Below are positions 40,171 through 49,960 of a stretch of 64,000 nucleotides of DNA, one piece after another (position 1 is the first letter of the stretch; the number at the start of each line of letters is the position of its first letter). Source of the stretch: a virus (Duplodnaviria; Caudoviricetes). The DNA lies in the IMG/VR virus record IMGVR_UViG_3300026085_000093, positions 128,001 through 192,000 of that record; one strand, 5' to 3'. The translations under genes were made by a program, and so were the position numbers. The notes under the pieces were generated by a model. That model saw only the letters and a list, made by a program, of their open reading frames with translations. It searched no databases and was not told the DNA's origin.

Positions 40171-40383
40171 ATGGAAACAGGTACAGTATATAAAAAATTA
40201 AAAATGCATGGATTTATTAGACCAGATCGTTGGAAAGCGACACGTAAAGATATTGTGTTTGATCCACGTTTGTATGATCTAAAAATTGGCGACAGAGTGC
40301 AATATCTTGCAGATGATTTTAAAGATAGAAAATTTGCAACAAAAATAGAAAAAATTGAAAAAAAAGATCAAGATTATCGTTGA
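40171..40383 (+). CDS. Cold-shock-domain/OB-fold-like small protein (70 aa)
   Basis: METGTVYK..HGFIRPD...DIVF...LKIGDRVQY echoes the CSD pattern TGTVKWF..GFGFI.PD...DVFVH...G..V.F; own TAAATA motif and GGAG SD. Confidence 0.55.
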   Translation: METGTVYKKLKMHGFIRPDRWKATRKDIVFDPRLYDLKIGDRVQYLADDFKDRKFATKIEKIEKKDQDYR

Positions 40384-40407
40384 CAAACTTTTTTTAGATG
40401 TTATATT
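40380..40407 (+). promoter_or_regulatory. sigma70-type promoter with extended -10
   Basis: TTGACA (40380-40385), 16-nt spacer containing TG-n, TATATT (40402-40407). Confidence 0.8.
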
Positions 40408-40413
40408 AAGTAC

Positions 40414-40670
40414 ATAACAAAGACGACGGTCCGAGTTAGATAGTGCAAGGAAACGATGCTTACCCAGGCATTAACTTGACTCACACGCTGTGGTGGCGCT
40501 GTAAGACTTTGGAGACAAAGCATTGCAGGAAAAGTAGAACTAACCATTCTATTGTGAGGTTCCGTGCTGATCTGAGCCTGATGGGGCATAGTGCGGTTGT
40601 TGGTAATCAGTAGTCCAACCTATCACATATTATAGAAAAAGGTCTGCTATATTTTAGTAGGCCTTTTTTT
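40414..40670 (+). ncRNA. Candidate stand-alone structured small RNA (~255 nt)
   Basis: Bounded by a sigma70 promoter and a terminator; no credible sense ORF; GNRA hairpin ctttg-GAGA-caaag and other stems. Confidence 0.65.
40636..40670 (+). terminator. Intrinsic (possibly bidirectional) terminator
   Basis: A5-ggtctgcta-tattt-tagtaggcc-T7. Confidence 0.9.
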
Positions 40671-40699
40671 ATGACATAATAACCCATTTTAATCTTTTG

Positions 40700-40707
40700 G
40701 ATAAATA
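40700..40707 (+). promoter_or_regulatory. Late promoter GATAAATA
   Basis: Upstream of the structured leader and ORF 40794. Confidence 0.7.
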
Positions 40708-40793
40708 CTTGTGTCAAGAGGAGTGCCTCTAGATGAGGACTTATGCGGTGCCCGCCGCGTATTACCTAGAACGTAACATAAAAGGAGAAAACA

Positions 40794-41243
40794 ATGGGAC
40801 GTCCAATTAATAAATCAAAAATAGGATACGGTGCAGGTAAAATTGCTGTAAGCCGTCACTATTTTACAGGTGGTTCAGAAGCAACTACAGCAGCACACAT
40901 TTACAAAGTAAAAGGTGCTAACCAATTTTGGGTACGCTTAGATAGCGACAATGCAGATCCAACAGCAGGCGAAGTTCTAAAATTAACGACAGAAGGCAAC
41001 GGAGCGATGCCAGAAGGTACATTTAGAATTGATGCAACTGGTTCTGACTCAACAGTTTATCAAGTAACACAACTTCGTAACAGAACAGTACAAATTGAAA
41101 ATACTGCAAAAGGTACTGCTACACCTCCAGATGGTGACAAAGCAGACAATGTAATTTACGAAATTGGTAATCATCCAGATGCAAGAGAAGATTCAGGTGT
41201 ACCAAACGCAGTATTAAGTGTATCTCTACCAAGACAATCATAA
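40794..41243 (+). CDS. Hypothetical late/structural protein (149 aa)
   Basis: GATAAATA promoter, structured leader and AAGGAG SD upstream. Confidence 0.75.
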   Translation: MGRPINKSKIGYGAGKIAVSRHYFTGGSEATTAAHIYKVKGANQFWVRLDSDNADPTAGEVLKLTTEGNGAMPEGTFRIDATGSDSTVYQVTQLRNRTVQIENTAKGTATPPDGDKADNVIYEIGNHPDAREDSGVPNAVLSVSLPRQS

Positions 41244-41256
41244 GTTGGAGATATAA

Positions 41257-42582
41257 ATGTCAGCGTCTAGAATCGAGCAGTATGGAGTCGACAATTATAA
41301 GTTAACAATTAACGATGGCGGAACTATTGAAATTAATGTAGGTTCCGGCACTGTCGTTATCAATGGTGACTTAGATGTCAATGGTTCCCAAACTTCGATT
41401 ACTTCGTCTGAATTAATTGTAAGTGATAAGACCCTAACACTAAACAATCAATCTAATACACTATACGATATTGTTGGTATTACACAAACAAACCCAGCAC
41501 AAATAGAATTATCAGATGCACACAGTTTTACTGATGGTAGCGAAGTAATCATTACTAATGTTTTAGGAATGATAGAATTAAACAATAACACTTACTATGT
41601 AAATGTTGTTGATCCTACCACAGTTGAATTGTTTGCAGATTTTCTATTAACAACGCCTGTAGATTCGTCAGGGTTTACTGCATACGTAAGTGATGGTAAT
41701 ATACAAAGGGTAATTGCAACTGGTATTGGTGGAGATGAAATTTCAGGTATCATAATGGATAGAGGTACATTACCTAATGCTGTTATGTTTTACGATGAAA
41801 ACTTACTTTCATACACTAACGGTGTGTTAGAAGCAAATGCAGGTGCATTTAAGTTTGGTTTAGAAGGTTCAGGATACTTAGGTATCTACACTAGCAGTAT
41901 TAAAACTGAAGACGGTAATGATCTTAACTTGTTACCAGGATCAAACTTAGGAGGTGTTGTTTCTGTATCAGGATCACTTGATTATGAAAAACGCCTTGCT
42001 GAATATGATGGCAGTGAAATTAAAAATATGCCTACAAATTCTGACAGATTGTCAGGGGCAGATTGGCCAGGATATGAACCAGATGCAATTCCTAATTTGC
42101 AGTTCTTGAAAGACTATGTTAGAGACTATCACAAATACAATTGGCAATATAGAATTAATGCTATTGAACCGGATGGAACAACAAAAGTAGAAGCATTCAG
42201 TACACTAGATGGTACTACAACATTAAGTAATGTTAGAATTACTGTAGACGGTAGTGAAATTGCATACTTTTATGAAACATCTGCAGAAATTGCACAAGTT
42301 ACCATAGACGGCTCTACAATTTCGTCAACTGGACTTGATAGTGATTTGAAAATATCAGGTAATAATTTAGGTGATGTGCAAGTATTAACACCTATGTTGT
42401 TTCCTAAATTGACAGATCCTGCATTAACTGCTACAGAAGCAACACCACCAACTGATGGTACAAAGATATATGCAAAAGACGAGGCTGATGGCGGCACAGG
42501 TTTATATTTTATAAACGAGTTAGGTACACAAGACGAATTTATAAGCAGGAATAAAGCTCTGCTTTATAGTATTATTTTTTAA
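41257..42582 (+). CDS. Virion structural protein (441 aa) with an FCCH-like beta-sandwich insertion
   Basis: IVGITQTNPAQIELSDAHSFTDGSEVIITNVLGMIELNNNTYYVNVV resembles the E1-FCCH-like modules common in phage tail proteins. Confidence 0.6.
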   Translation: MSASRIEQYGVDNYKLTINDGGTIEINVGSGTVVINGDLDVNGSQTSITSSELIVSDKTLTLNNQSNTLYDIVGITQTNPAQIELSDAHSFTDGSEVIITNVLGMIELNNNTYYVNVVDPTTVELFADFLLTTPVDSSGFTAYVSDGNIQRVIATGIGGDEISGIIMDRGTLPNAVMFYDENLLSYTNGVLEANAGAFKFGLEGSGYLGIYTSSIKTEDGNDLNLLPGSNLGGVVSVSGSLDYEKRLAEYDGSEIKNMPTNSDRLSGADWPGYEPDAIPNLQFLKDYVRDYHKYNWQYRINAIEPDGTTKVEAFSTLDGTTTLSNVRITVDGSEIAYFYETSAEIAQVTIDGSTISSTGLDSDLKISGNNLGDVQVLTPMLFPKLTDPALTATEATPPTDGTKIYAKDEADGGTGLYFINELGTQDEFISRNKALLYSIIF

Positions 42583-42591
42583 GGAAGAAAG

Positions 42592-42924
42592 ATGGCGATT
42601 AACAGTGTAAAAATACTTGAAACTGATACAACATTGCTAGATGTTCCAGCAGGAAAGAAATATGCCATCACGACCGTGTTAGTTAGCAACTATTCTACTT
42701 CGACAACAAGTGTAAACGACAGTAGTTTTGATATGCATGTAATACAAGGAAGTGGCGGAGTTAAATCAGACAGTAATAAAGTCCTTAACAATATATCGAT
42801 GCCTGCTCAGGAAACATTTTCTTTTAATGTTGAGAGATTGATTTTAGAAGAAGGTGACAGAATAGTAATGATTAGTCCGGATTCGGATAAACTGAATGCG
42901 ACAATAAGTTATTTGGAAGTATAA
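42592..42924 (+). CDS. Small beta-rich virion/baseplate-fibre adaptor-like protein (110 aa)
   Basis: Co-transcribed with the fibre genes; AAGGAAG SD. Confidence 0.65.
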   Translation: MAINSVKILETDTTLLDVPAGKKYAITTVLVSNYSTSTTSVNDSSFDMHVIQGSGGVKSDSNKVLNNISMPAQETFSFNVERLILEEGDRIVMISPDSDKLNATISYLEV

Positions 42925-45900
42925 ATGAAGTATGTAAAGCAGCAGATATTACACGATAGGAAAATAGGAGACCGTCAACTTGTAATTAAAGGTGACGGTA
43001 CAATTGAACTTAATCCTGGTAGCGGAACTGTTGAAATCAACGGTAACTTAAAAGTTACAGGTAGTTCAAGTGGTCCTACTGATACACTGATCTATTATGT
43101 GTCATTACAAGGTAATGACGCAAATGATGGGTTAGGTGCAGGTCCTGATCGTGCAAAAAGAACAATTAAATCTGCTGTTGAAGCAGCACCAGCAGGATCA
43201 ACTATTAAAGTTGCACCAGGAGACTATTACGAAGATAACCCAATTACGTTAAAAGAACGTATGACTGTTAGAGGCGATAGTTTACGTAACTGTCAAGTTT
43301 GGCCAAACAATAAAACACAAACAATTTTTTATATGGATTGTGCATGTTATTTGTTCCAACTTACATTTAGAGGATTAGCAGATCCAGGCTGGTGTGCAGA
43401 AATTAGACCAGGCGCACTTGTAACCGTTTCGCCGTATGTACAAAACTGTACAAACATGAATGGCCCTTGGTTAAACGACGGAACAGAATTTGTTCCGTTC
43501 CAAACAGAACAGATTCCAGGTGTACCAGCAGGTGCTAGACCAATTATAAACGATCCTAATGTACCATTTGAAAAACGTGTAAATGACAACGGTGGCGGCA
43601 ACGGTCTGAAGTGTGATGGTTCTGCTTACGATCAGCGAAGTCTTGTGAGATCGTTTGTTGCTGACGCATTTACACAAGTTGCACAGGGCGGTATTGGCTT
43701 TTGGCTATTAAATGAAGGATATACACAGATTGTTAGTTGCTTCTCAGTTTTTACAAGAGTTGGCTTCCAAGCAACTACAGGCGGATATCTTTCAATCTCA
43801 AACTCTGTTAGTGACTTTGGTACATATGCTATCATTGCTGACGGTTTATTTGATCAAGTGTTTACAACTGCAAGGCCTACAGAAGATTATTATTCTGTTG
43901 TTGGTAGTGTAACTATAAACAATCAAGGTGCAGGTTATACAAATGCACCTACAGCAACTATTGATCCTCCTACTACGCCAGGCGGTATACAAGCAACAGG
44001 TACTGCAAGTATTGACCCTGCAACAGGTAAAGTTGTTGCTGTAAGTATTACTAACCAAGGTACCGGTTATGACTTTATTCCTACCATTACATTTACAGGC
44101 GGCGGATTTAGTATTCCTGCAACAGGTACTGTAAACCTAATCACAAACCGAATTATCGAAGTAGATAGTTTACGTGATATTCCGCAAACAGGTTCTATTA
44201 TTACGTTCGAAGGTGATTCAACAAAATATTATGTAACCGAATCTAATATTACAACACAGCCTTTCATTTATGATGAAACAATTTGTAGAAGAGATATACA
44301 AAGAATTATTGATGCAGTCTCAGGAGATTCTGCACTAGGTACAAATTATCAAAGTATCAATGCAGGTAGAAGTTATCTTCGTGCAACATCGCAAAAAGTT
44401 CTTAATCAACAGTTAGCACCTACAATATACGGTATCGAAGCAGCAAGAGACGAAATGCTGAAATGTGTTCCTGATACAGATCCTGCTAACTTAGACTATA
44501 GATATAACATAATTGAAAACTTTGCAATTATTACAAATACTATTACACAAGGAGATAGCACTGCGGTACCAGATGTAGTGTACAACGAACTTGTAGGTAT
44601 AGATAGCGGTGTTATAGCAGCAAAAGATAACATTGTACAAAATAAAGATTTTATTATTGACGAAGTTGTAAATTATATTTCAGATCAATTTACAGATTTA
44701 TCATACGACCAAGACAAGTGTGAAAGAGATGTAAGACAAATCACAACTGCTGTTGCATATGATACTGCATTAGGAACAAACTATTCAAGCGTTACAGCAG
44801 GTAGAGCATATGCTCGTGCAAATGCAAGTATAGTTTACCAAAAACAAAAAGTGCAAACTATTGCAGCATACCAATACTTAAAATCACTTATGCTTGCATT
44901 ACCTAATGTAGTAGCAAGTTCAACTGCTACAAGCAGAGTTAACAATGCTATGGATGAGATTATTGAAATCCTTTCAGCAGGTGATAGCACAAGTGCAGAC
45001 GATTACACATATCCTTCACCAACAGGTGTTATTGCAGCAAGAGAAAATGCAAGAGATCAACTTGTTAACAACAAAGACTTCATTCAAGAAGAAATTATAA
45101 AGTGGGTAGATGAAAATTATCCTACGTTAGATTATGACCAAGATAATTGTTACAAGGATGTAGGACATATTGTTGACGGATTAGTTTATGATATTTTATA
45201 TGGCGGCAATTATGCAACTAGAGATGTAGCACAAGCATATTTTGTAGGTGCAGCAAGTCAATTAGGAGCAGACGAAACTACTGCTACTATTGCAGCATAT
45301 GGTAGATTAAAAGAAATTACAACACAGATTTTGCAAGGAGATCCAGTATTTAGGTCTTCCGGCAACTTGTTAGTACAAGATACATCAGCAGCAAATGCAA
45401 CAGGTGTTGAAGCAGAACGTGCAGACGAATATATTGATATTATTATTGAAGTAATTAACACAGGTGCATTGACAAACTTACCTGAAGTACAATATCCAAG
45501 TGTGCTTTGGGCAGCAGCAGATGTACAAGCAGCAAGAAGTTCATTGTTTGCAGCACAAGATAATTTTGCAACTAATATTACAAGTTATTTGCTTACAACA
45601 TATCCAAACTTTACATATGATAGAACAAAGTGTAAAAGAGATGTAGAACTTATTTTAGATGCTGTTGTAAGAGATGTTAAACTAGGCACAAACCACAATA
45701 GTATTCAAGCAGGACAAGCATATCAAAGAGCAACAGCAACATATTTTGATGTTGCACAAAAACCTGCAACAATTATTTCAATTAGATATCTAAAAACACT
45801 TGCCGCAGCAGGTGCAGCAGGTAGCAGTGTTGCTGTTGAAAGAGTCAATGACAGATTTGATATTATTCTAAACTTAATTGAATTTGCAGATCAAACTTTA

Positions 45901-48900
45901 ACTACTGTACCAGATGGAGGCTTTGGTGCACAAACTGCATTACCTAGTGAAGGTAGAACATTCCCTGCACCGACACCAGCAAGTCAAGAATTAATCGATG
46001 CCAATAGATTATTACAAGCAAACAGAGATTTCTTAGTTGAAGATACAATTGCGTATATTGCAAATAACTATTTTGTTTACGATAGTGCAAAGTGTGCTAG
46101 AGACACTGCATTAATTCTAGATGCTGTAACATATGACTTAGTTTTAGGTACAAATTACAATAGTATTCAAACAGCACTTGCATATTATAATGCTAATGCA
46201 TCTTTAGTGATAAGTGATCAACTTACAGAAACTGTTGCAGCAATTACATATTTAAGAACAGAAGTTGCTACATTAGTAGCAGCAGACGGACCAAGTGTAG
46301 CAGCATGTAATGCATTGTTTAATGAAATTATCGACATTCTGCAAAATGGTGTCGGTAATGCAGATCCTTTGACATTCACCGATCCGGGTGCAGACGTAAA
46401 CAAAGCATATGCAAGAACATTACTACAAGCAAACCGTACATTTATTATTAGTGAATTAATTGCTTGGATTAATTTAAGTTTTCCAACTTTAGTCTATGAT
46501 CAAGCAAAATGTGAAAGAGACACAGGATACATTATTGATGCTGTATCGCATGATATACAGTACGGTACAAACTTTGCAACAAGAACAGCAGCACTAGCAT
46601 ATTTTGAAGGTACTGCATCACAGATTCCTGCGTCACAAAAAGATGAAACAATTGCTTCATATCAGCAGTTAATTGATATTGCCGATGATGTAATTATAGA
46701 AAACAGAGCAGGACAAATTCTTACAGGTAATCCAGCAAGTTCAGCAGAAATGGATGAACTAGCAGGGTTAGTTACCTACATTGTTGATGTTTTACAAGAA
46801 GAAAGCACAGAAAATCTTCCATCACTTTATGAGCCTGATCTAACTTGGGTTGCTTCTAACTTAACAGACTCAAGAGATTTAATTTTAGCAAGCGGTGACA
46901 GTTCTCAATCAGATCTTGTACAAAGTGTAATTGATTATATTAACATAAGTTTAAATGGATTAAGTTACGACGAAGCAAAATGTCGTAGGGACAGTGAATA
47001 TATTATTGACAGTGTGTCACACGATATGCTGTACGGCGGAAACAGAAGTATACTAATTAGCACTAGAGCATATTTTGATGACGGTGTTTCTACTATTGTT
47101 GGACAAGAGTTCCAAACTGCTGATGCTATTGAACACTTGAGAGATATTAGTGTTAGTATCATTGAAGGTGTTCCAATTGCTGTACAACCTGGAAACGGCG
47201 AAACACAAGATCTAAGCGGAACATTTGGTACTTCAACAGAAAGCGAAGTTGCAAACGAACTTTATAATATTTTAATTCTTGCAATCACAGACAGTTTAGG
47301 ACTGGGTACTACTCCACAAAATACTAATCCAGATTATAGCTGGATTAGTAGTAGTCTTGTAGAAGCAGCAGACAATATCCTTACAAATAGCACAACATAT
47401 CAGCAGCAAGTAATTGATTATATTACTGCAAATATAATCGGTTTTAGATATAATGTAGAAAAGTGTAGAAGAGATACAAATTACATTATTGATGCAGCAG
47501 TTTATGATATGATGTATGGCGGTAACAAGCAAACACGTAGAGCAGCAGAAGCTTATTATAGTGGTACAATTCTAAGTGCAGCAACCGTAGGTAATGCAGA
47601 TCAACAAGATATAACTGAATTTACATATAAGCATCTAGCAAGAGTGTTAAGCGATGTTGCACAGAACATAGATATTACACCTAGCGGCACACCTACCTTA
47701 CTGCAAGAAACAGACGGTACAAATGGTAGTGCAGCAGCAGGATTAATTCTAAAAACTCTTGTATATAAAATTGCTGAAGTTATTGAAACTACTGTAATTT
47801 CTGATTCAGGAAACACAGTATATCTTCCTATCGAACAAGATCACAACTATGAAGGCCTAGCATCTATGGAAGACTATGCTGACAGACAATTGATTATGTT
47901 CAAAGCACAAGACATTGAAGATGAAGCAATTAGATTACTAAACTTAGAATATGGTGGTGTTGCAGAACTTACATTATTCCCAGGTGTACTATCTGTAGAA
48001 AAAGGTACACTTGGTAACATGCAACGTGTAAGTACTGTATCAACTTCAGGACATGCATTTGAATATGTTGGCGCAGGTATCACTTACAATGCACTTCCGT
48101 TCTTTGGCGGTTCACCGATTGCTGCAAACGAAATTGTTGAAACAAACACTGGTAAGGTATTTGCAGGCGGTACTGTTGACCAAATTGGTAACTTTAGAGT
48201 TGGTAATTTCTTTGCAGTTAATGCTCTAACAGGTGCTATTACTCTTAATGCTAACCAAATTGATTTAACAGGTATTGCAAGCATTGGTCCTTTCCAAAGA
48301 TTTGGTATTCCAGTTGGTGTTGAATTAAAAGAAGTAAGTAATAATACAAACCTTATAGCAAGCACAGGTGCAGCAGATATCAATACTGTACCTACACAAA
48401 ACGCTGTAGTACAATTCCTAAGCAACAACTATCTAAATAAAATCACAGGCGGCACAGTTGAAGGCGATGTTACTTTTGAACTAGACATTGCGGTCGATGG
48501 CGGAGACTTAACAACTACTGCAAGTGAGTTTAACCTAGTTAATGATAATGCTAATACTGTTAACTTTGCTGGCGGCGCTGCAAACATTAACATTGGTGAT
48601 TTGATTGGTACAACAACTATTAACAACAGCCTAGTTGTTAAAGATGATATCAAATTAGGAGAAAATCCTACTACTAATGTTACAACTGATTCATTAATTG
48701 TAAACTTACTAAACACAACAGTAACAACAGTAAATGCAATGGGCGACGCGACTACAATTGTTATGGGTGCAGATACTGGTACGATGACGATCAACAACGA
48801 CTTTGTTGTTATTGATAGTGATAAAAGTATTCAAGTACCGGTAGGAGATACAAGTGCTCGTCCGTCTGTACCAGTAATCGGTCAAGTACGCTTCAACACA

Positions 48901-49929
48901 GACTTACAGTTTTATGAAGGTTATAACGGTGTAAACTGGAGTTCACTAGTTGGCACTATCGATGCTGATCAAGATACATTTATTAGACCAGAAGTTGGCC
49001 CAGGTACTGACGAAGATACATTAGAATTCTACGCTGATGGTACAAAGAGAATGTTCTTAAATTCAAGCACATTGAATATTGATGAGACAATTGATGTTAT
49101 AATTAACAGCGATACACAATCAAGAAGTACTGAAAGCGGTGCAGTTGTTGTTACAGGCGGCATGGGTATAGGTGGCAACTTATATGTTGGCGGCACGATA
49201 GGCGGTGATATTCAAATTGGCCATTTAGGAACAAGCACTCTTACAATTAGAGGCGAGACTGTTTATGCTCCTGACACAATTAGACTTATTACAGATGCAC
49301 CTGATAGCGCAGCAGATGATATTGTATATCCGTTAACACTTGCACACCATACTACCACTGGTGCAATTACTGCCGGTGCTGGTACTGGTATGAAGTTTGA
49401 GTTAGAAACATTCCTAAACAACTTTGAAACCGCAGCACAAGTTGATGTTGTTAGCACAGATGTAACAGGTGGTGGTGAAGACTTTGATATGATTATTAGC
49501 ACCATGCACAATGGATTGCTAACTGAAAAGTTTAGAATCAGCGAACTAACTTCAACATTAACAACAAGTTTAGCGATTGAACAAAATCTTACTGTAACAG
49601 GTATATTAGATGCAGCAGCGTTTACTGGTTCTTTATTTGCAGATGACAGTACAGAAATTATTGATGCAATTAATAACAAATTAACTGTTGTAAATGCTGA
49701 CATTGGAACGCTTATTTTAACTACTGATCTTGAAGTACAATATGGTGGTACTGGTGTAAGCACATTCACTGAAAACGGTATACTATATGGAAACATAGCA
49801 GACCCTGTACAAGTTACTGATGCAGCAGGTACAAGTGATATTAACGAGTCATTCCAAATACTAACTGTAACCAGCGATGTTGATTCAACACCAGTTTGGA
49901 CTGATACAATCGATGGTGGTAGTTTCTAA
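42925..49929 (+). CDS. Giant fibre-like structural protein (2334 aa): beta-helix domain plus 8 phycobiliprotein-like repeats plus C-terminal fibre segments
   Basis: YYVSLQGNDANDG...AKRTIKSAVEAA beta-helix start; eight YDxxxCxR/KD repeats at 139-161 aa spacing; GQVRFNTDLQFYEGYNG motif. Confidence 0.8.
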   Translation: MKYVKQQILHDRKIGDRQLVIKGDGTIELNPGSGTVEINGNLKVTGSSSGPTDTLIYYVSLQGNDANDGLGAGPDRAKRTIKSAVEAAPAGSTIKVAPGDYYEDNPITLKERMTVRGDSLRNCQVWPNNKTQTIFYMDCACYLFQLTFRGLADPGWCAEIRPGALVTVSPYVQNCTNMNGPWLNDGTEFVPFQTEQIPGVPAGARPIINDPNVPFEKRVNDNGGGNGLKCDGSAYDQRSLVRSFVADAFTQVAQGGIGFWLLNEGYTQIVSCFSVFTRVGFQATTGGYLSISNSVSDFGTYAIIADGLFDQVFTTARPTEDYYSVVGSVTINNQGAGYTNAPTATIDPPTTPGGIQATGTASIDPATGKVVAVSITNQGTGYDFIPTITFTGGGFSIPATGTVNLITNRIIEVDSLRDIPQTGSIITFEGDSTKYYVTESNITTQPFIYDETICRRDIQRIIDAVSGDSALGTNYQSINAGRSYLRATSQKVLNQQLAPTIYGIEAARDEMLKCVPDTDPANLDYRYNIIENFAIITNTITQGDSTAVPDVVYNELVGIDSGVIAAKDNIVQNKDFIIDEVVNYISDQFTDLSYDQDKCERDVRQITTAVAYDTALGTNYSSVTAGRAYARANASIVYQKQKVQTIAAYQYLKSLMLALPNVVASSTATSRVNNAMDEIIEILSAGDSTSADDYTYPSPTGVIAARENARDQLVNNKDFIQEEIIKWVDENYPTLDYDQDNCYKDVGHIVDGLVYDILYGGNYATRDVAQAYFVGAASQLGADETTATIAAYGRLKEITTQILQGDPVFRSSGNLLVQDTSAANATGVEAERADEYIDIIIEVINTGALTNLPEVQYPSVLWAAADVQAARSSLFAAQDNFATNITSYLLTTYPNFTYDRTKCKRDVELILDAVVRDVKLGTNHNSIQAGQAYQRATATYFDVAQKPATIISIRYLKTLAAAGAAGSSVAVERVNDRFDIILNLIEFADQTLTTVPDGGFGAQTALPSEGRTFPAPTPASQELIDANRLLQANRDFLVEDTIAYIANNYFVYDSAKCARDTALILDAVTYDLVLGTNYNSIQTALAYYNANASLVISDQLTETVAAITYLRTEVATLVAADGPSVAACNALFNEIIDILQNGVGNADPLTFTDPGADVNKAYARTLLQANRTFIISELIAWINLSFPTLVYDQAKCERDTGYIIDAVSHDIQYGTNFATRTAALAYFEGTASQIPASQKDETIASYQQLIDIADDVIIENRAGQILTGNPASSAEMDELAGLVTYIVDVLQEESTENLPSLYEPDLTWVASNLTDSRDLILASGDSSQSDLVQSVIDYINISLNGLSYDEAKCRRDSEYIIDSVSHDMLYGGNRSILISTRAYFDDGVSTIVGQEFQTADAIEHLRDISVSIIEGVPIAVQPGNGETQDLSGTFGTSTESEVANELYNILILAITDSLGLGTTPQNTNPDYSWISSSLVEAADNILTNSTTYQQQVIDYITANIIGFRYNVEKCRRDTNYIIDAAVYDMMYGGNKQTRRAAEAYYSGTILSAATVGNADQQDITEFTYKHLARVLSDVAQNIDITPSGTPTLLQETDGTNGSAAAGLILKTLVYKIAEVIETTVISDSGNTVYLPIEQDHNYEGLASMEDYADRQLIMFKAQDIEDEAIRLLNLEYGGVAELTLFPGVLSVEKGTLGNMQRVSTVSTSGHAFEYVGAGITYNALPFFGGSPIAANEIVETNTGKVFAGGTVDQIGNFRVGNFFAVNALTGAITLNANQIDLTGIASIGPFQRFGIPVGVELKEVSNNTNLIASTGAADINTVPTQNAVVQFLSNNYLNKITGGTVEGDVTFELDIAVDGGDLTTTASEFNLVNDNANTVNFAGGAANINIGDLIGTTTINNSLVVKDDIKLGENPTTNVTTDSLIVNLLNTTVTTVNAMGDATTIVMGADTGTMTINNDFVVIDSDKSIQVPVGDTSARPSVPVIGQVRFNTDLQFYEGYNGVNWSSLVGTIDADQDTFIRPEVGPGTDEDTLEFYADGTKRMFLNSSTLNIDETIDVIINSDTQSRSTESGAVVVTGGMGIGGNLYVGGTIGGDIQIGHLGTSTLTIRGETVYAPDTIRLITDAPDSAADDIVYPLTLAHHTTTGAITAGAGTGMKFELETFLNNFETAAQVDVVSTDVTGGGEDFDMIISTMHNGLLTEKFRISELTSTLTTSLAIEQNLTVTGILDAAAFTGSLFADDSTEIIDAINNKLTVVNADIGTLILTTDLEVQYGGTGVSTFTENGILYGNIADPVQVTDAAGTSDINESFQILTVTSDVDSTPVWTDTIDGGSF

Positions 49930-49952
49930 AAACTACCACTATTAATTTCCTT

Positions 49953-49960
49953 GATAAATA
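49953..49960 (+). promoter_or_regulatory. Late promoter GATAAATA for the giant tail fibre
   Basis: Intergenic, ~75 nt upstream of ATG 50036. Confidence 0.7.

Noticed and set aside
40401-40589. 62-aa minus-strand ORF within the sRNA unit
   Set aside because: Promoter and T-tract point to the plus strand; no SD; non-phage-like codon use.
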